From Kudoa neothunni (lineage: Eukaryota > Animalia > Cnidaria), in contig OZ199838.1 of NCBI GenBank assembly GCA_964304625.1, positions 4,793,289-4,857,288 of the forward strand: DNA of 64,000 bases, in the 5' to 3' direction. A program made the position numbers and the translations under genes. Shown here in pieces: positions 38,601 to 50,952 of this stretch. Below the pieces are notes generated by a model. It saw only the letters and a list, made by a program, of their open reading frames with translations, did not search any database and had not been told where the DNA came from. Positions within the stretch are counted from its first letter, which is position 1, and the number at the start of each line of letters is the position of its first letter.

Positions 38601-40143
38601 TTGATACATACGTATTCGCCGAAACATACGGAAAGACAATGGATTTTATATGTATGTGATTCGCGTAGAGGTTTATATATTTGTCATTCCTTGCGGATTT
38701 AAACCAGGAATTTTCCGCCAGATGACTTTAAACGTTGTTCACAGTTTAATTTGATGCGACTAAGTATTCCAGTACCACTGTATGGGATTCTCCTCGTTTT
38801 GATGACTTTATTGTATTGATTTATCTTGATATCATTTGTATTTGATGCACTTGCCAAAAGATTTCACTATGATGTAAGGCCGTTAGCTTACCCTCATATT
38901 TCGTCAAAAGTATCATTTTTTCGAAAAAGTTTCAAGTAAATCACCCTGACTGTAAATATTTATCTTTAAATTTCTTGATTTCATTTCATTATACGAACGA
39001 TTCGTACAATTAACGGCAAAATCGTGTCTTTTATAAACTTATGTAATATCATATTGTTGCATGATGAAATAAATATTCTGATTGGATTTTTTAATCCACT
39101 AAATTTTTTGATAACTTGCTTAAACATAATGATTTAAAGCTTAATAATTAATCATTCATACAATTCTATCGATTTTTGGCTCATCCGCATTATAAAAAAT
39201 ACACTATTTAATATATGATAATGCTATTTTTAATGTTTAAAATTGAATAGTTGTTGAACAAAATCAGTCCTTCAGTTCATTGTGATCTTCCCTTCTTGTA
39301 CAATGTATTCAAAATTTCTTTGACACTTTTTTAATGTATATTAAAGGAATTATTAAAAAAGGAAAAACTCTACGTAGATTGGAAAGAAAAAAATTGTCAG
39401 CCAGCCACGAAAAACAAGTATATTGATTGCTTTGGAATTTTGCGTAGGATTAATGACATTTATGTAGGCCGTCAGAATGTGACACAATGTATAAACCAAT
39501 TGATTTTTCCCGATTTGACACATCAAAATCAATGAATCTTGGGCAGTATTTATAAGCTAGATAGAGGAGAACTTTTGATTTGCTAATATAATATATTTAG
39601 TCCATCAATGACTCGTCTCTGGAATATATGTCCAAACAACATGGAATCCTGTAAAATGCCCTCAAGGTAGTGTATTATCAGATCTATTTGTTCGATGGTT
39701 CTATTTTGAGTTTATTTGCAACCTGAAGAGATTGTACCCCAACAATAGATCAATTCTTTGAGGAACCTATCTCTCAACTAAATCCAGCTGAACAAATTGA
39801 ACAAGAATATAGAATGTTTAATAATCCAAGTTTTCAATGGAGAGCTCTTCGTTTATTGTCAAGAAATTCCTCTAAATACTTTTCAACGACCTATCAGCCA
39901 AATATGACCCCCACGCAATATTTGATCAGCGTTTTAAGTGGCATATATAACAAAGATCTCAATGATCCCAATATTTTTGCTAGCAATAACGACAACAACC
40001 AAGCTACTACCAACGTTGATTCAGAAAATGGTGATGATAATTTATCAACTTCACCGGTCGATAATATCAATGACACTATATCGCACCAGTCATTCTCGGA
40101 CAATGATTCCATAGTTGATGATGTAAATAGTTCAAATAATTAG
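29616..40143 (+). CDS. THOC1: THO complex subunit 1 (Hpr1), about 18 exons
   Basis: Spliced translation gives ILRSLS...CGKIHLMLTKFVSVYEKSGLNL, FYDTFRELQTYLKNP, ELLKKEKLYVDWKEKNC, MTRLWNICPNNMESCK and EQEYRMFNNPSFQWRALRLLSR. Introns are GT-AG and mostly 40-80 nt, plus one of 730 nt (30932-31661) and one of 7283 nt (31968-39250). Confidence 0.9.
33690..33775 (-). mobile_element. tRNA-derived SINE-like insert
   Basis: Minus strand has A-box-like TAGTCAAGTAATAAG and B-box-like GGTTTGACCC, flanked by the imperfect direct repeat gcaaggt(t)a(t/c)gcg. Does not fold as a complete tRNA. Confidence 0.4.
33815..35059. mobile_element. Non-autonomous long-TIR (about 190 bp) element nested in the hAT
   Basis: 33815-34000 is the reverse complement of 34870-35059 at roughly 80% identity by eye; AT-rich non-coding interior. 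Confidence 0.8.
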
Positions 40144-40338
40144 TTGATTCATTGATTTTGTTGATTTTTTGTCTTTTAACTTCATCGAAAAATAATAAGT
40201 AGTTGAACATCATTTTTTTAAATCAATTTTATCCATGAACCTAGTTGAGGTACATTTTCCTAATTCGAATGCACAACTTAGCACATTGTCTTCCGCTTAT
40301 AAAAGAATGATGATATTTATTTAATATATATATATGTA

Positions 40339-41601
40339 TAGTAAGGTCTCGATATCGCGAGGTTCGATATAGGGTAGTTGACGTTTTTTTAAAACTTCTG
40401 TATTCAACGTTGTGATTTTGTTGATGTATATAATCTTTTAGTTTAACGTTATATACAAAAATATGAAATAACATTTATTTGACGCGATTTCGGTAAAATT
40501 CAGAATCTTGCTATTGGGTAGTAATTACTCCAATTTTAATCAGATTAATCCACAAAATTACACATTCAAGCGGAAGTCGTTGCGAGAAGAAAAAGAAATT
40601 TTGATAAAAAATTGAAATTATTCAATATTATGATTCGATTAAATCCATCTGAAATGCGAATCAATGACTCTAGAGCATCATAGAGTATCATATATCATGT
40701 TATTGTGAGTTTTATTCAAATTAGAATAGGTATTCTTCTCTGAATATTACTCCGCCTAATAAACCTGATATAATAAACTCCAACGTTGCTTCCAACCGTT
40801 AAAAGATCGCAAATACAAAATATGTACAACTTGAAATTGAGTTATATGACCGGATGGTGTCAGAACCTAAAAAAAGAAAAATATTCTAGAGTTTGTAATG
40901 ACCGAAAAGGTAAACCTTTTGCTGATGATCTTAAAATCGTTGGTTTCAGTTGAGGCAAATGATGACTTAAAAATTTTAAGTCGCTCTTGTTTTATAAATT
41001 CATTCTCTGTGGAAAAGCGGAGATCGTTGATGATAATATTATTAACGCTCGGGAAAACAAATTTCCAGGTAATAAGTATATTTGAAATGGAAAATATCAA
41101 ATTTTGACGTGACTACTCTTTTTTATGAACATTGCACTCGACGAACATATACAATAAAGAATAAGTAAAATTAAAAGGAAATGAAACATTCCAAGAACCA
41201 ACCATCGCGTTATAGCCATCTAAATTTACAAGAAAATAATTTTCCATAAATTTTTCGTTGATAAATTCAAAGAGACCGACTGGTTTAAAGGAGATTAATG
41301 GGTTTTCTGGTAAATACTACGATCAAAAAATGGTTTGATGTCTTCAAATTTCTATTTGTTGTTTTAAAAAATCTTGATCAAAAGTTCGAAAAAGAAAAAG
41401 GAAAAGCTCTTATGTTGTTAGATCGATGTCGTTCATATTCAGAAATAAATAAATAATTCAAACAAAGTAGATAATTTTCCCTTAACAAATAAAAAATTTA
41501 TTTTTATAACGCACGCGCCAAGACTCGATATCGGCAATGATTTCTTATTGGGCACTAAAAGCTTACGCCCCGGTTTAGTGCGTAATATCGAGGCCTTACT
41601 G
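40339..41601 (+). mobile_element. Decayed pogo/Tigger element
   Basis: TA|TAGTAAGGTCTCGATAT ... ATATCGAGGCCTTACTG|TA; only traces of the transposase remain. Confidence 0.75.
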
Positions 41602-43881
41602 TATAAAATAAATATATTATGGTTATTTAATATTAGTTATTTTGAACATGCCAAACGGTATGTTCAACGCTTCGTAATTTAAGTTTCTCCTGTCCTAATT
41701 TCGTGTTCATGCTGTGAAATAATTTATTCTATGGTAACGAACTGGGAAAACTGTAATCTACATATATCAAATACTTGGATTGTCTGTGTTACTAAGTACA
41801 CATGCGTAATATATTTTATTCTCGGTTGAAAGGCATTTATGGAACTTTTAGGATTTTGACATACTTAAAATATTCTTTTTTTATTATTGTAGTTTCGGTA
41901 GTTATCAAATAATTAAAGATGACGATTTTATAGATTCTAAAGTTGTTAAGCAGATTACACAATTTCAGTAACAGGATTAGGCTCGTTTATGTCAAAGTGA
42001 AAGTAAATTGAAATTAACATTGCCTTTTATATACTGATATTATCTATTAATTTGACTGTCATCAATCTATACAGAATTGTAATGTACATATGTATGCAGG
42101 TGTTTTTTGGAATAAGTAAACTAATTATTATTTTAGTTCAAGTGAGGTTAATTCGGGTGATAAAAATTAATTGTCATATATTTTCCCCAAGTTAGATAGA
42201 TTTTATTTTTTTTTATAATCTCTTACAGACAATTTTAATTTCACTTTTTAAATTCTTTGGGAGGTAAATTTAATAAATTTTTATTCTTTCTTCTATTGAT
42301 CAAGAGATTTTAAAGCAGTATATGCTCAAACTAAGACGAAGTTGGCTATTTACAGCTAGTTTTACCAATTTTACGTAATTTAGAGTATTATGTGAATTTT
42401 AAAATGAGTTAATTTATATGAATAAATGTTGTAATGTACATAAGATGTCCTATTTTCTTCTCTAAATGTTACAGTGTAACTTTAACAAATAATTGGTGAT
42501 TTTTTCGTAAAATGCGGTTCTTATATTTCATAATTCTTATTTTATAATTTTTAAGAACCATTTCTTATAGCTTTCATTTTAAAAGAAGAATAATTATCGA
42601 ACAATAAATAATATCATAACCAACCCCCATTTTTTAATCATAGAAGCCAGTGAATTACAGATTGAATAAAGACTTGATCTTTATCTTCGCCTACACGTAA
42701 AGAACTTGCGTAATTATCCATCTATCGTAGTAAGCACTATTGACGCACTTGGTTCTGTATGGTCTTAAATTTTGTTACCGTTCGTATTGTATAATTCGTC
42801 GATAAAATTACTCTTCAAATTGTCATAATTTTACACGCTATGATATTGCACAAATACGTATGATAATACACAGATAGGAGAGTTAATAATAATTTTGCAT
42901 CACCGGTAAAATCCATGTTTCCTTCAAGTTAATTAACTTTATTGCTCCGATAGCCAGACTATATATTGTAATAAAGTTAATTATTATAAACTAAACTCTA
43001 GTGATACCACCTAATTATTACTGTGAATACGTAGAAGGACGTCAGTTCGGATCTATGATTAGATGTTTTCTCACAAAAGATTGCAATAATAAGACATAAA
43101 CTGTTATTGAACTGTTTATGTTAAAAAATCGCGTTTCCACTAATATTACACCCTACGCTCCGTCATACTCGTTATAATTTTTTATCCTTAAACGTTAAAA
43201 ATTTACGAAAAAAAACAAGTTAGATTTTTAAAGTTGTATGCTGGTTATATTGTTTAGAAAGCAAGATACACAGTTTTGCTATAATCAACGGCTTTATTCT
43301 AATCCTAAAGGCATTAAAATTTGTGTTTGTGATTTTGATTGATCGTAAACGTTAATTCAAAATTAGTTTTAATCTATGAAATTTAATAATTTTACTTTCT
43401 AATTAGTAAAATTAAAAAAAATAAATTCGGGTTTTAATTTGAAAAAATAAATATAAATTCATTATATTTAGGTTTTGTGATAATATACATTGAACCATAA
43501 ATAAAAATTATTTTTTAAATGATGGATTAAACTGCATAAAATCGATCCAAAGTTTTCACAATTTAATGCGTTTTGTAATACAGTAATCGGATTAAATCGT
43601 GTATTTAATGATTCCGCAAATATTTTTTCGATAATTTTACATATATTATCGCAATACTATTTGATAATTTGATTTCATCAAGTTTTATCCAACTAATGGT
43701 CTAATACTATCACTCAGAAATGATTTATGTGAATTATACAATTAACTGGCACATATTAAAGGATTAATTTAGCTGAAAAAGTCGGATTAGGCGGTCAGAC
43801 CCTAACACAACATTTTGATAATTTGCATCATTGTAGGTTGTGATTTAGACTGCGTTGAAACGATTGGAGCATAACACCTTA

Positions 43882-45506
43882 ATGGCTTGGAATGTGAATA
43901 AACAATTTGTTGTTAACCTTATTGTCAGTGTAGTAACTATTTTATCAGCGTATTGTAAGTTGTTTTGCAATTAGTTTGTCTATTTACGCTAAGTTGGTTC
44001 AACTTATAGGTATATACGCTTATAATAGTAAAACCTGTTCCTTAAAATACAGATACTTACGCCAATGTAATATTGATTACTTTCCAAAAGGTGCTGAAGG
44101 GGATAGCCCAGATATGGCCACCAAAAGCAGACTAAAAATGGTCTACGTATTTGTGGTTGATTATAAACTTTTAGTTGACGCTGTCTGTATTTTAGACAAT
44201 CTTCAGACATGGTGATAGAACTTACGTGACCAACAGCACCATCCAGCTAGACAAACTAATAGAACCTTTAAATATTAGTTGTAGTGCGAACTCATTTATA
44301 TCGGTTGACGCAATACACCAACGAGTCAAACGAGTGGAGAAATGGTTGATCAACTTTGGTCACATTAAAATCTACACCAATATATCTCAAGAGATGGACA
44401 ATATAGTCACATTGCCATACGAGTTTAATGACATTTGTGAAATAGGGGTGCTGACTCCCCGTGGCTTAGTGCAAATGTTTTCTCTTGGTGAGTTTTTCGA
44501 CAAAAAATATAAATCCCACACAAGATTTGGTAAATACAACATTTATCTAAGAACAACAAACAAACTACGCACACGATTGAGTGGCTTGGCATTTGTGGCT
44601 GGCCTTGTCAACAGTACATATGATCAACTTGTTTCCACCATGAATATACCAAACATTCACGCAACAATTATCGATGACGAAACAGGTCTGCTTCTTGGGG
44701 ATCCGATCTCTGGAAGATCTATCACCTGCGAACGAATGTTGAACAAATGGGATAACTTTTTCAACAATTACATTCCATCGCAAAATTTTATAAATCTCTA
44801 CAATGAGATTTTGAGTGACCAAAAAATGAACGAAATTTTTGACGGAAACTCCATTGAGCCCCCAAAAATACTCAAAAACTCTCACACGCTATCCAAGTGA
44901 ACTTATTACGTTTTCATTGTGATCATTAATTGTTTTAATTGCGAACGGTTTAGGCTCACAGATAGAATCTATATCATGTTTTGCCATCATCGAACAAACC
45001 TGTCTCAAATTCTCAGTGGAAAATTGTCCCCCAAAATGCAAGCCAAACTCATTCAACTAGCCGATATGTTCAATCAACAACAACACCGTTATATGGATCC
45101 TGAAGTTGAGGTCAGAATGGTCATGTTGAACTTTTTTAGAAACGTAGAAATCACCCAAAGTATGGACGACATTTCGAAGGGATATCTTCCCATCTATGTT
45201 GACAGTACCCATGATTCCACCATATTACCACTGATTATGGCGCTTAAACTTCCCGAATCATTTCATCGATGGCCATCGTTTGCTTCTAGATTAACCTTTG
45301 AACTTTGGGATGACAATAATCCCCAGATTGGTTACTACTTGAAAATTCTTTACAACGGGGCAGATGTCACTTGCGAGTCTGAGTTATGTGCACATTCTTG
45401 TAGTCAACACAATAACCAATGTGTCTTTGATGAATTTCAAAGAAGCTATATGAATGGGAACAAACATTATGATTTGGTCCAGGATTTTTTTGACAATCAT
45501 TGTTAG
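43882..45506 (+). CDS. PXYLP1: Histidine acid phosphatase (branch 2), 2-phosphoxylose phosphatase-like, 4 exons
   Basis: N-terminal hydrophobic anchor. Splicing restores MVYTIFRHGDR; also CEIGVLTPRGLVQMFSLG, RTRLSGLAFVAGL, STHDSTILPL and WPSFASRLTFELW. The family is solid; the orthologue name is less certain. Confidence 0.75.
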
Positions 45507-45561
45507 TTTGTACACCTATTATATATTCGAAAAGTTGTGACGATTAATGGTTTTCTCTTTT

Positions 45562-45573
45562 TGCGCATGCGTG
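45562..45573. promoter_or_regulatory. NRF1-like motif TGCGCATGCGTG
   Basis: Sits in the 99-bp gap between the phosphatase stop (45506) and the LENG1 ATG (45606); one mismatch to TGCGCATGCGCR. Confidence 0.5.
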
Positions 45574-45605
45574 TTGATTTTTTGCTTACTTTGTGCTCAA
45601 TTGAA

Positions 45606-46495
45606 ATGAATATTCTTCCACATAAAAGGTAAATTTAGGTTGAGCCCAACCTAAAATAATATTTAATAAGTTGGCATACCCGCAATAAAAAAAATATCGA
45701 AAAAGTTAAACGCGATGAGCAGCAGGCGCACACCAAAGAGCAACAACTTCAAAAACGCTCACAACTAGCCGTACTTTATCCAATCGCAGTTTTCCGCATC
45801 TGTGTTAGAGCAATATAGATAAATATACTAAGTTGGGTGGATCCTTAGAAGCTGTTTTCAACGAGTCCGGAACTACAAACTCTATCAATACAACTGTATT
45901 TATTTGATTTAAAAAAAATCTGACGCAATTTCTACAGAACGTAGATTATATGAAAGATGTTAAGCTGAAGGAGCGAAGGTTCAATGAAACCTACAAATAC
46001 ACTTATTTGAATTCTGCCGTCGGAAATATTTCCTCTTCCAAGAATGAGAGTAGTTTAAACGAAGAACTAATATATTTTTTATAATTTGATTGATCTACTT
46101 TTCAATAAAGGTAATAATTCGACACTTTGGTATCTTAAAGATAGATCGAATGTTTATAATGATGCAGCATCTTCAAAAATGGCTGATTCCAAGTATGTTT
46201 ATTGTAATATTAAAATAAGCTAAATAAATGGATCAAGAAAAATGAAGCGGTTCAAGCAATTAGAAGACCCTCTCAATATCATAAAAACTAGAACTGATTA
46301 TATTCGAGATATTGAAGATAAAAAATCTACGACATGCATCGTAGTTTCTAATAGCTCAAAAGTGTTTATGTAACTCTTGAGTTCAATTTTTATATGATTT
46401 AGGTGGGAAAAAAACAAAAGAAATCAGTCGAACAATTACGTCAGGAACGCTTACGACGAGAGAAGGAAGCAAAAGATCGAACTGAAAATTACTGA
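45606..46495 (+). CDS. LENG1: Leukocyte receptor cluster member 1-like (CIR N-terminal domain) protein
   Basis: Spliced N-terminus MNILPHKSWHTRNKKNIEKVKRDEQQA, internal LWY and LEDPL, C-terminal SVEQLRQERLRREKE; six short GT-AG introns. The stop may really be 46503 if one A is missing at ~46486. Confidence 0.85.
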
Positions 46496-46617
46496 AGAAA
46501 TAAAAATTTTTTTTTTTAAATTCTTTGCCACCTATTGTTTTGTATATATTTTGGTTTTGTTTTCATTGTTTCTTTAATTTAAAAATTTATTATTATGTTT
46601 TAAATTTTAATTATATT

Positions 46618-47110
46618 CAGTAATCTCTCGATATTGCGTAATTTCATTTTTGTCCAAAAAAATTACGTAATAGAAATAAATTAGATAATAGCGAGAAACG
46701 CATATACGCAAACAAAGCAAATAATTATTTTTTTAAATATTCATTAATTTTGTAGGTTTACTTTGTTTTTTTGGCTATTTGGTGTTATTGTTGTTTATAA
46801 GGATTGTAACGAAAATTAACATATGCGCAACCAGCAGCAGAGCGTTATGGCACCATCGCCTTTAAGCTACGGTTCGAACTCTCCCCGCGATTATTCATTA
46901 CATTATAATTTATAATGTTTGTTTATTTTGATTTAACTTCAATATTTCTTCGAAAACGATTCATTTTCGGATTTGTTGTAATGCGTTTTGAAGATTAAAG
47001 GGATTAAAATCAACAATATGACACACAATGACAAGAACATCAATTTTTCCTCGTTTTCCAATGTTTTACACTTTGTATAAAATGAATTTCGCAGTATCGA
47101 GAGTTTACTG
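46618..47110. mobile_element. pogo/Tigger-type MITE
   Basis: CAGTAATCTCTCGATATTGCGTAATT ... AATTTCGCAGTATCGAGAGTTTACTG|TA (23/26). Confidence 0.8.
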
Positions 47111-47995
47111 TAATCCAGTTTAAAAGTAGTCTATAACGTGAAAATTTACTGAAGTTTCTTAATCATATTGACAGCTCTTCATTTGTTGAAATAAATTAAA
47201 CAAGCCTACTATTAGAATGATTTTAAAATATCCATAACGTTATTTAGGCTTTATTTGATGATTAAAAATGCTCAAGAACCGGTTTATATACACTGAACAC
47301 ATCCAAATCTATTATGTAATTATGGATATTTTAGCACGAATATCATAATACTCATGTATGCATTGGGAAATTGGAAATTGTTTAGTCCTAATAGCTCCTA
47401 TTTAGAGCTGATAGACATAATTAATATTTTATCTGAAATATTTAATTATTTTTAGCTTCTAATAGGATAATAATTTACCATTAATAAATATTGCAAATTC
47501 AAAAAAAAAAAAATCTGTGTAGAGTTTGTAGACTTTCCGAAAAAAAAAATTCAAATCAACAAGCGTATACGACACGCCGTTTAGTATTAATCTTCACCAC
47601 GCAAATAGTCACATTCTTTCCTAAAGTTATCTCATCAGATATTCGCCCGTATCAACCTTTTATTTTTAAGTTGGTTTTCGGTTGCTTTCTCATTAGATAT
47701 TTGAAACGTGCAATTTGCACAGTAAATAATATTCATGTGTCACTAGTTTGAACTACATTTAATTATTCCTAGACCGCCGCTTCACTCGTAGGAACCATAA
47801 AAAATTAAATATAACAGATTCGAAGAAATAAAATCAGTATACATTTTGTGAGCAAGAGTTGCTGGGATTAAAAATTGTAACCGCGAATGCGTTCACACCT
47901 TTTAGGGTTTAACTTTATTGCATAAATAGCCGCTGCCTATATGTTTAGCTCCATTTGTAAATAATAAGATTATAAAATGTTAGTTTCTGTTAATA

Positions 47996-49382
47996 CAGTA
48001 GGCAATCGATTTTCCGTATTTTGGTGCGTGCGCAGACAATTGAAGTATTTTTTATTGATGTAATATAATTAAGTTCACAATTATTAACTTTTAAAAATAT
48101 TTTTGCCTTTCTTACATTAATTTAAGAAAATCTGGTGGTGATGCATTTAGATCGCTGTCATTTTCAATAATGCGGTTTTTAACCGAAATTCTCGTGTTGT
48201 TGGAAGTTGGACTGTGAAAAAATTATTCGTTTATTAAGAGATAATAGTTAACTTGATGAATTATTTGATAAATACTTGAATAACGTTATATAATTTAGAT
48301 TCATAGTGAAAAGTTGAGCTACAGATATACATATAAATTGTTAGCAATTATTTTGAAGTATTATTTTAACAAATTAGATATATTTTAAATATGTCATCAT
48401 CATCATTCTTGCTTCCTTATTTTACCCAAATTAAATGGGTAAATTTTTACTGCAGTTTAAAACTCGTTAATTCTTATGATGACAAATCAAAGAACGATCT
48501 GAACAACTACTAAAAGTGGATGTATAAAATTAGCTCATAAACATTTTAGATCTCTTTTCTAGGTGTGAATTGGATTACAGACGTAAATCAAAGTTTATCT
48601 TGAAAAATGTATACATAAAATTATTTGACATTGTTTTTTTATTGAATAGTGTAGTCTTACATAAATTGCACAAAAAAAGGTCGGTAGAAGATTTTGCAGC
48701 AATAACACTCAGTTTTTTTCTATTAGTTATGGTAACATTTTTGAGTGCATAAATGACCACCCCAGAAAATTGACCCTTTTTAATTAAGGCGCGATTTATA
48801 TTCACAAAAGCTCCTATAAGTAGTAAATTTTTTTGTATATTTAATTTCTAAAATAAATCGATTTCCTTGACTCTAATGCTTTTAACCAATTATAAACTAT
48901 ATCGTAAAAATTGTTATTTGACCAATTTTCCATAATGTTTCTTTTGAATTAATCCAAGCTTATTTTACATGAGGAAATTAATTCGGCATTATTATTTCAG
49001 CAGTTGTCAAAACAGAAATAGGTACGAGATAAAAATCGCCAAAGAATATAAAAGATTTACCGGCTTTTATTCGCAATTTTTTTAAAAATGGAGAACTAAT
49101 AAACCTTTCTTTATGTATAAATTATTTACAATGTTATCATGGATGTAATTACTTTAAAAAAAGGACTGGAAATTTGGGTTGGAACCAATAAGTTTCGTGA
49201 AATCGATAATCCCTATTTTAATAAAAAAATTCCGTTATAAATTATTTTTTTCTTATAACTTTTAATTTTAATTGCGTAAAATAAACTTTCTTAGTTCATA
49301 GGAATTGTTTAACTCTTATAATTATATATATATATATATATGAGAAGAAAAAGTAAAGGTACGTAAAATCGATTACCTACTG
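47996..49382 (-). mobile_element. Decayed pogo/Tigger element
   Basis: TA|CAGTAGGCAATCGATTTTCCGTA ... TACGTAAAATCGATTACCTACTG|TA (21/23); faint minus-strand transposase traces. Confidence 0.8.
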
Positions 49383-49519
49383 TACATTGTAATTATATCT
49401 AACCGTTAACTGTGAGGGATAATAATTTGTATAAAGCATATTATAAAACTTATTAACTTCAGTCATACATAAAATTCAGTAATCAAAGATGGATTAACCA
49501 AATCCTTTTGAATCATTTG

Positions 49520-49875
49520 ATTTTATATTCTAAGTAAATTCCTTAGGGTATAAAAATTCCATATCGTGACCTATGATTGGGCTATTGCAATAGGCAATAT
49601 AACGGTCGATTTTCATTCAAGATGTTATATTCCTCGTGTATTTATTTCGAGGGATCTGCAATAAAAATTAGCTTCAATATCGGTCCATAGTTCGTTCGCA
49701 ATTACTTTGACAGAAAAATAAAACCTATCTCGACCTGAGATAACGAAGTGTGAGGTCATGAGTTCAAATCCATCCTCAATCAGACTCATTGTTTCCGCAT
49801 AATGCGTCCTCATTCTGTAATCGAAACATTTGTAAGTGTTTTTTTTTTCCAATCATTTTCTCCATCGTGCCCATT
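49520..49875 (-). pseudogene. Frameshifted ORF fragment, possibly GT32 glycosyltransferase-like
   Basis: Pieces ANELWTDIEANF, EEYNIL and KIDRYIAYC...GHDMEFLYP follow the order of the GT32 pattern LWTD...Y..L...D..RY...GG.Y.D.D. Frameshifts are required. Confidence 0.3.
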
Positions 49876-49899
49876 TAAAAAAAAAAGATTCCGTTCCCA

Positions 49900-50863
49900 A
49901 CCTTTTTTAAAAGGATTGATTTTCAACTTAAACCGTCAAAACTTCAATTCAAGCATTTATCGCATTAAAATTTGAAAGCAATTAATATATACTTCTTAAA
50001 TCATTCAAATTAAAATATTTCCGATCAGACCTAATTTAATTTATCGAGAGATCTTAAAATTTAACACCTTGATTTCTTCATTTCGTCAAAAATAGCATTA
50101 AGTGAAACTTTTGGTGATTCGACCCATATAAGGCAAGACTTTCATATATACGGAGGGCTTATAAGCCAAAAATAAATAATCAAGGTAGAAAATCAATCAA
50201 TATTATTTTTGCTTAAATCAAAAACAAGGGAAATCACGACCATTAATGTGACAAGATTGGAATTAAAACCATTCCGATTCAATTGGAGGGTAAAGACCAT
50301 ATTAAATGCTAATATTTATTTTTATATAATTAGTCGTTGCTTTTAGTCTTATTATATTCATTGTCACTTAACAATAAACGATATCAATAATTGTGGTATT
50401 AATTTCATAGTGCGCCATATTGTCCAATCATCTGACCATTATCGATGTCACATCAATGCTCGGTATTTTCCACGTCCTACCGGAGCAGTTCATCAAACGC
50501 TCAAAAATTTCGATTCCCTGCCAAACTTTTTCCACGTCCGTTCCCATTGGTCGGGAGCACTTGATTACAATGTTTTTACACTCTTTCTATGTTGGATGCA
50601 ACTGCAGTTATAATTCGGTCCAGTGAGAGGGGTCAAATTAAATATTCGGATCTTCGGGAAAGTATTAAATAATAAAATATTTATTAAAAGCTACCATAAA
50701 GAGCCACCGCTCTTTATGATTGAACTGGCTGGGTCATAACCACGAAATAAGGATGACCAATTGGTTGAATACCCAAATTACCATCATCTCCGTAGAATTG
50801 AGCAAGGATTTTCGTGCGGCTCAATGCGATGACTATAACGCCGACTTATCGAATTGGGACTGA
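49900..50863 (+). pseudogene. Spliced, frame-disrupted gene, possibly GT32 glycosyltransferase-like
   Basis: GT-AG intron-like segments near 50185, 50290 and 50623. Pieces FGDSTHIRQDFHIYGGL, FHVLPEQF and TMFLHSF; final exon ...YNADLSNWD* ends at 50863, needing one G removed at 50731-50733. Confidence 0.4.
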
Positions 50864-50952
50864 CCAAACAGAATTCCAAAAACACAAAAAATTGTATTAG
50901 ATATTTTACTCTGCAAACACAAAAAAGCTAGTGCGAAATAAATTAATGTTAT

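Noticed and set aside
39251-39346. Apparent in-frame TAA in THOC1 suggesting stop-codon reassignment
   Set aside because: The TAA falls inside a small intron (39305-39346); splicing it restores the conserved ELLKKEKLYVDWK frame. The other genes use standard stops.
49323-49341. (TA)n run, and the poly-G tract at ~24469-24479
   Set aside because: Ordinary short simple repeats within TE-derived sequence.
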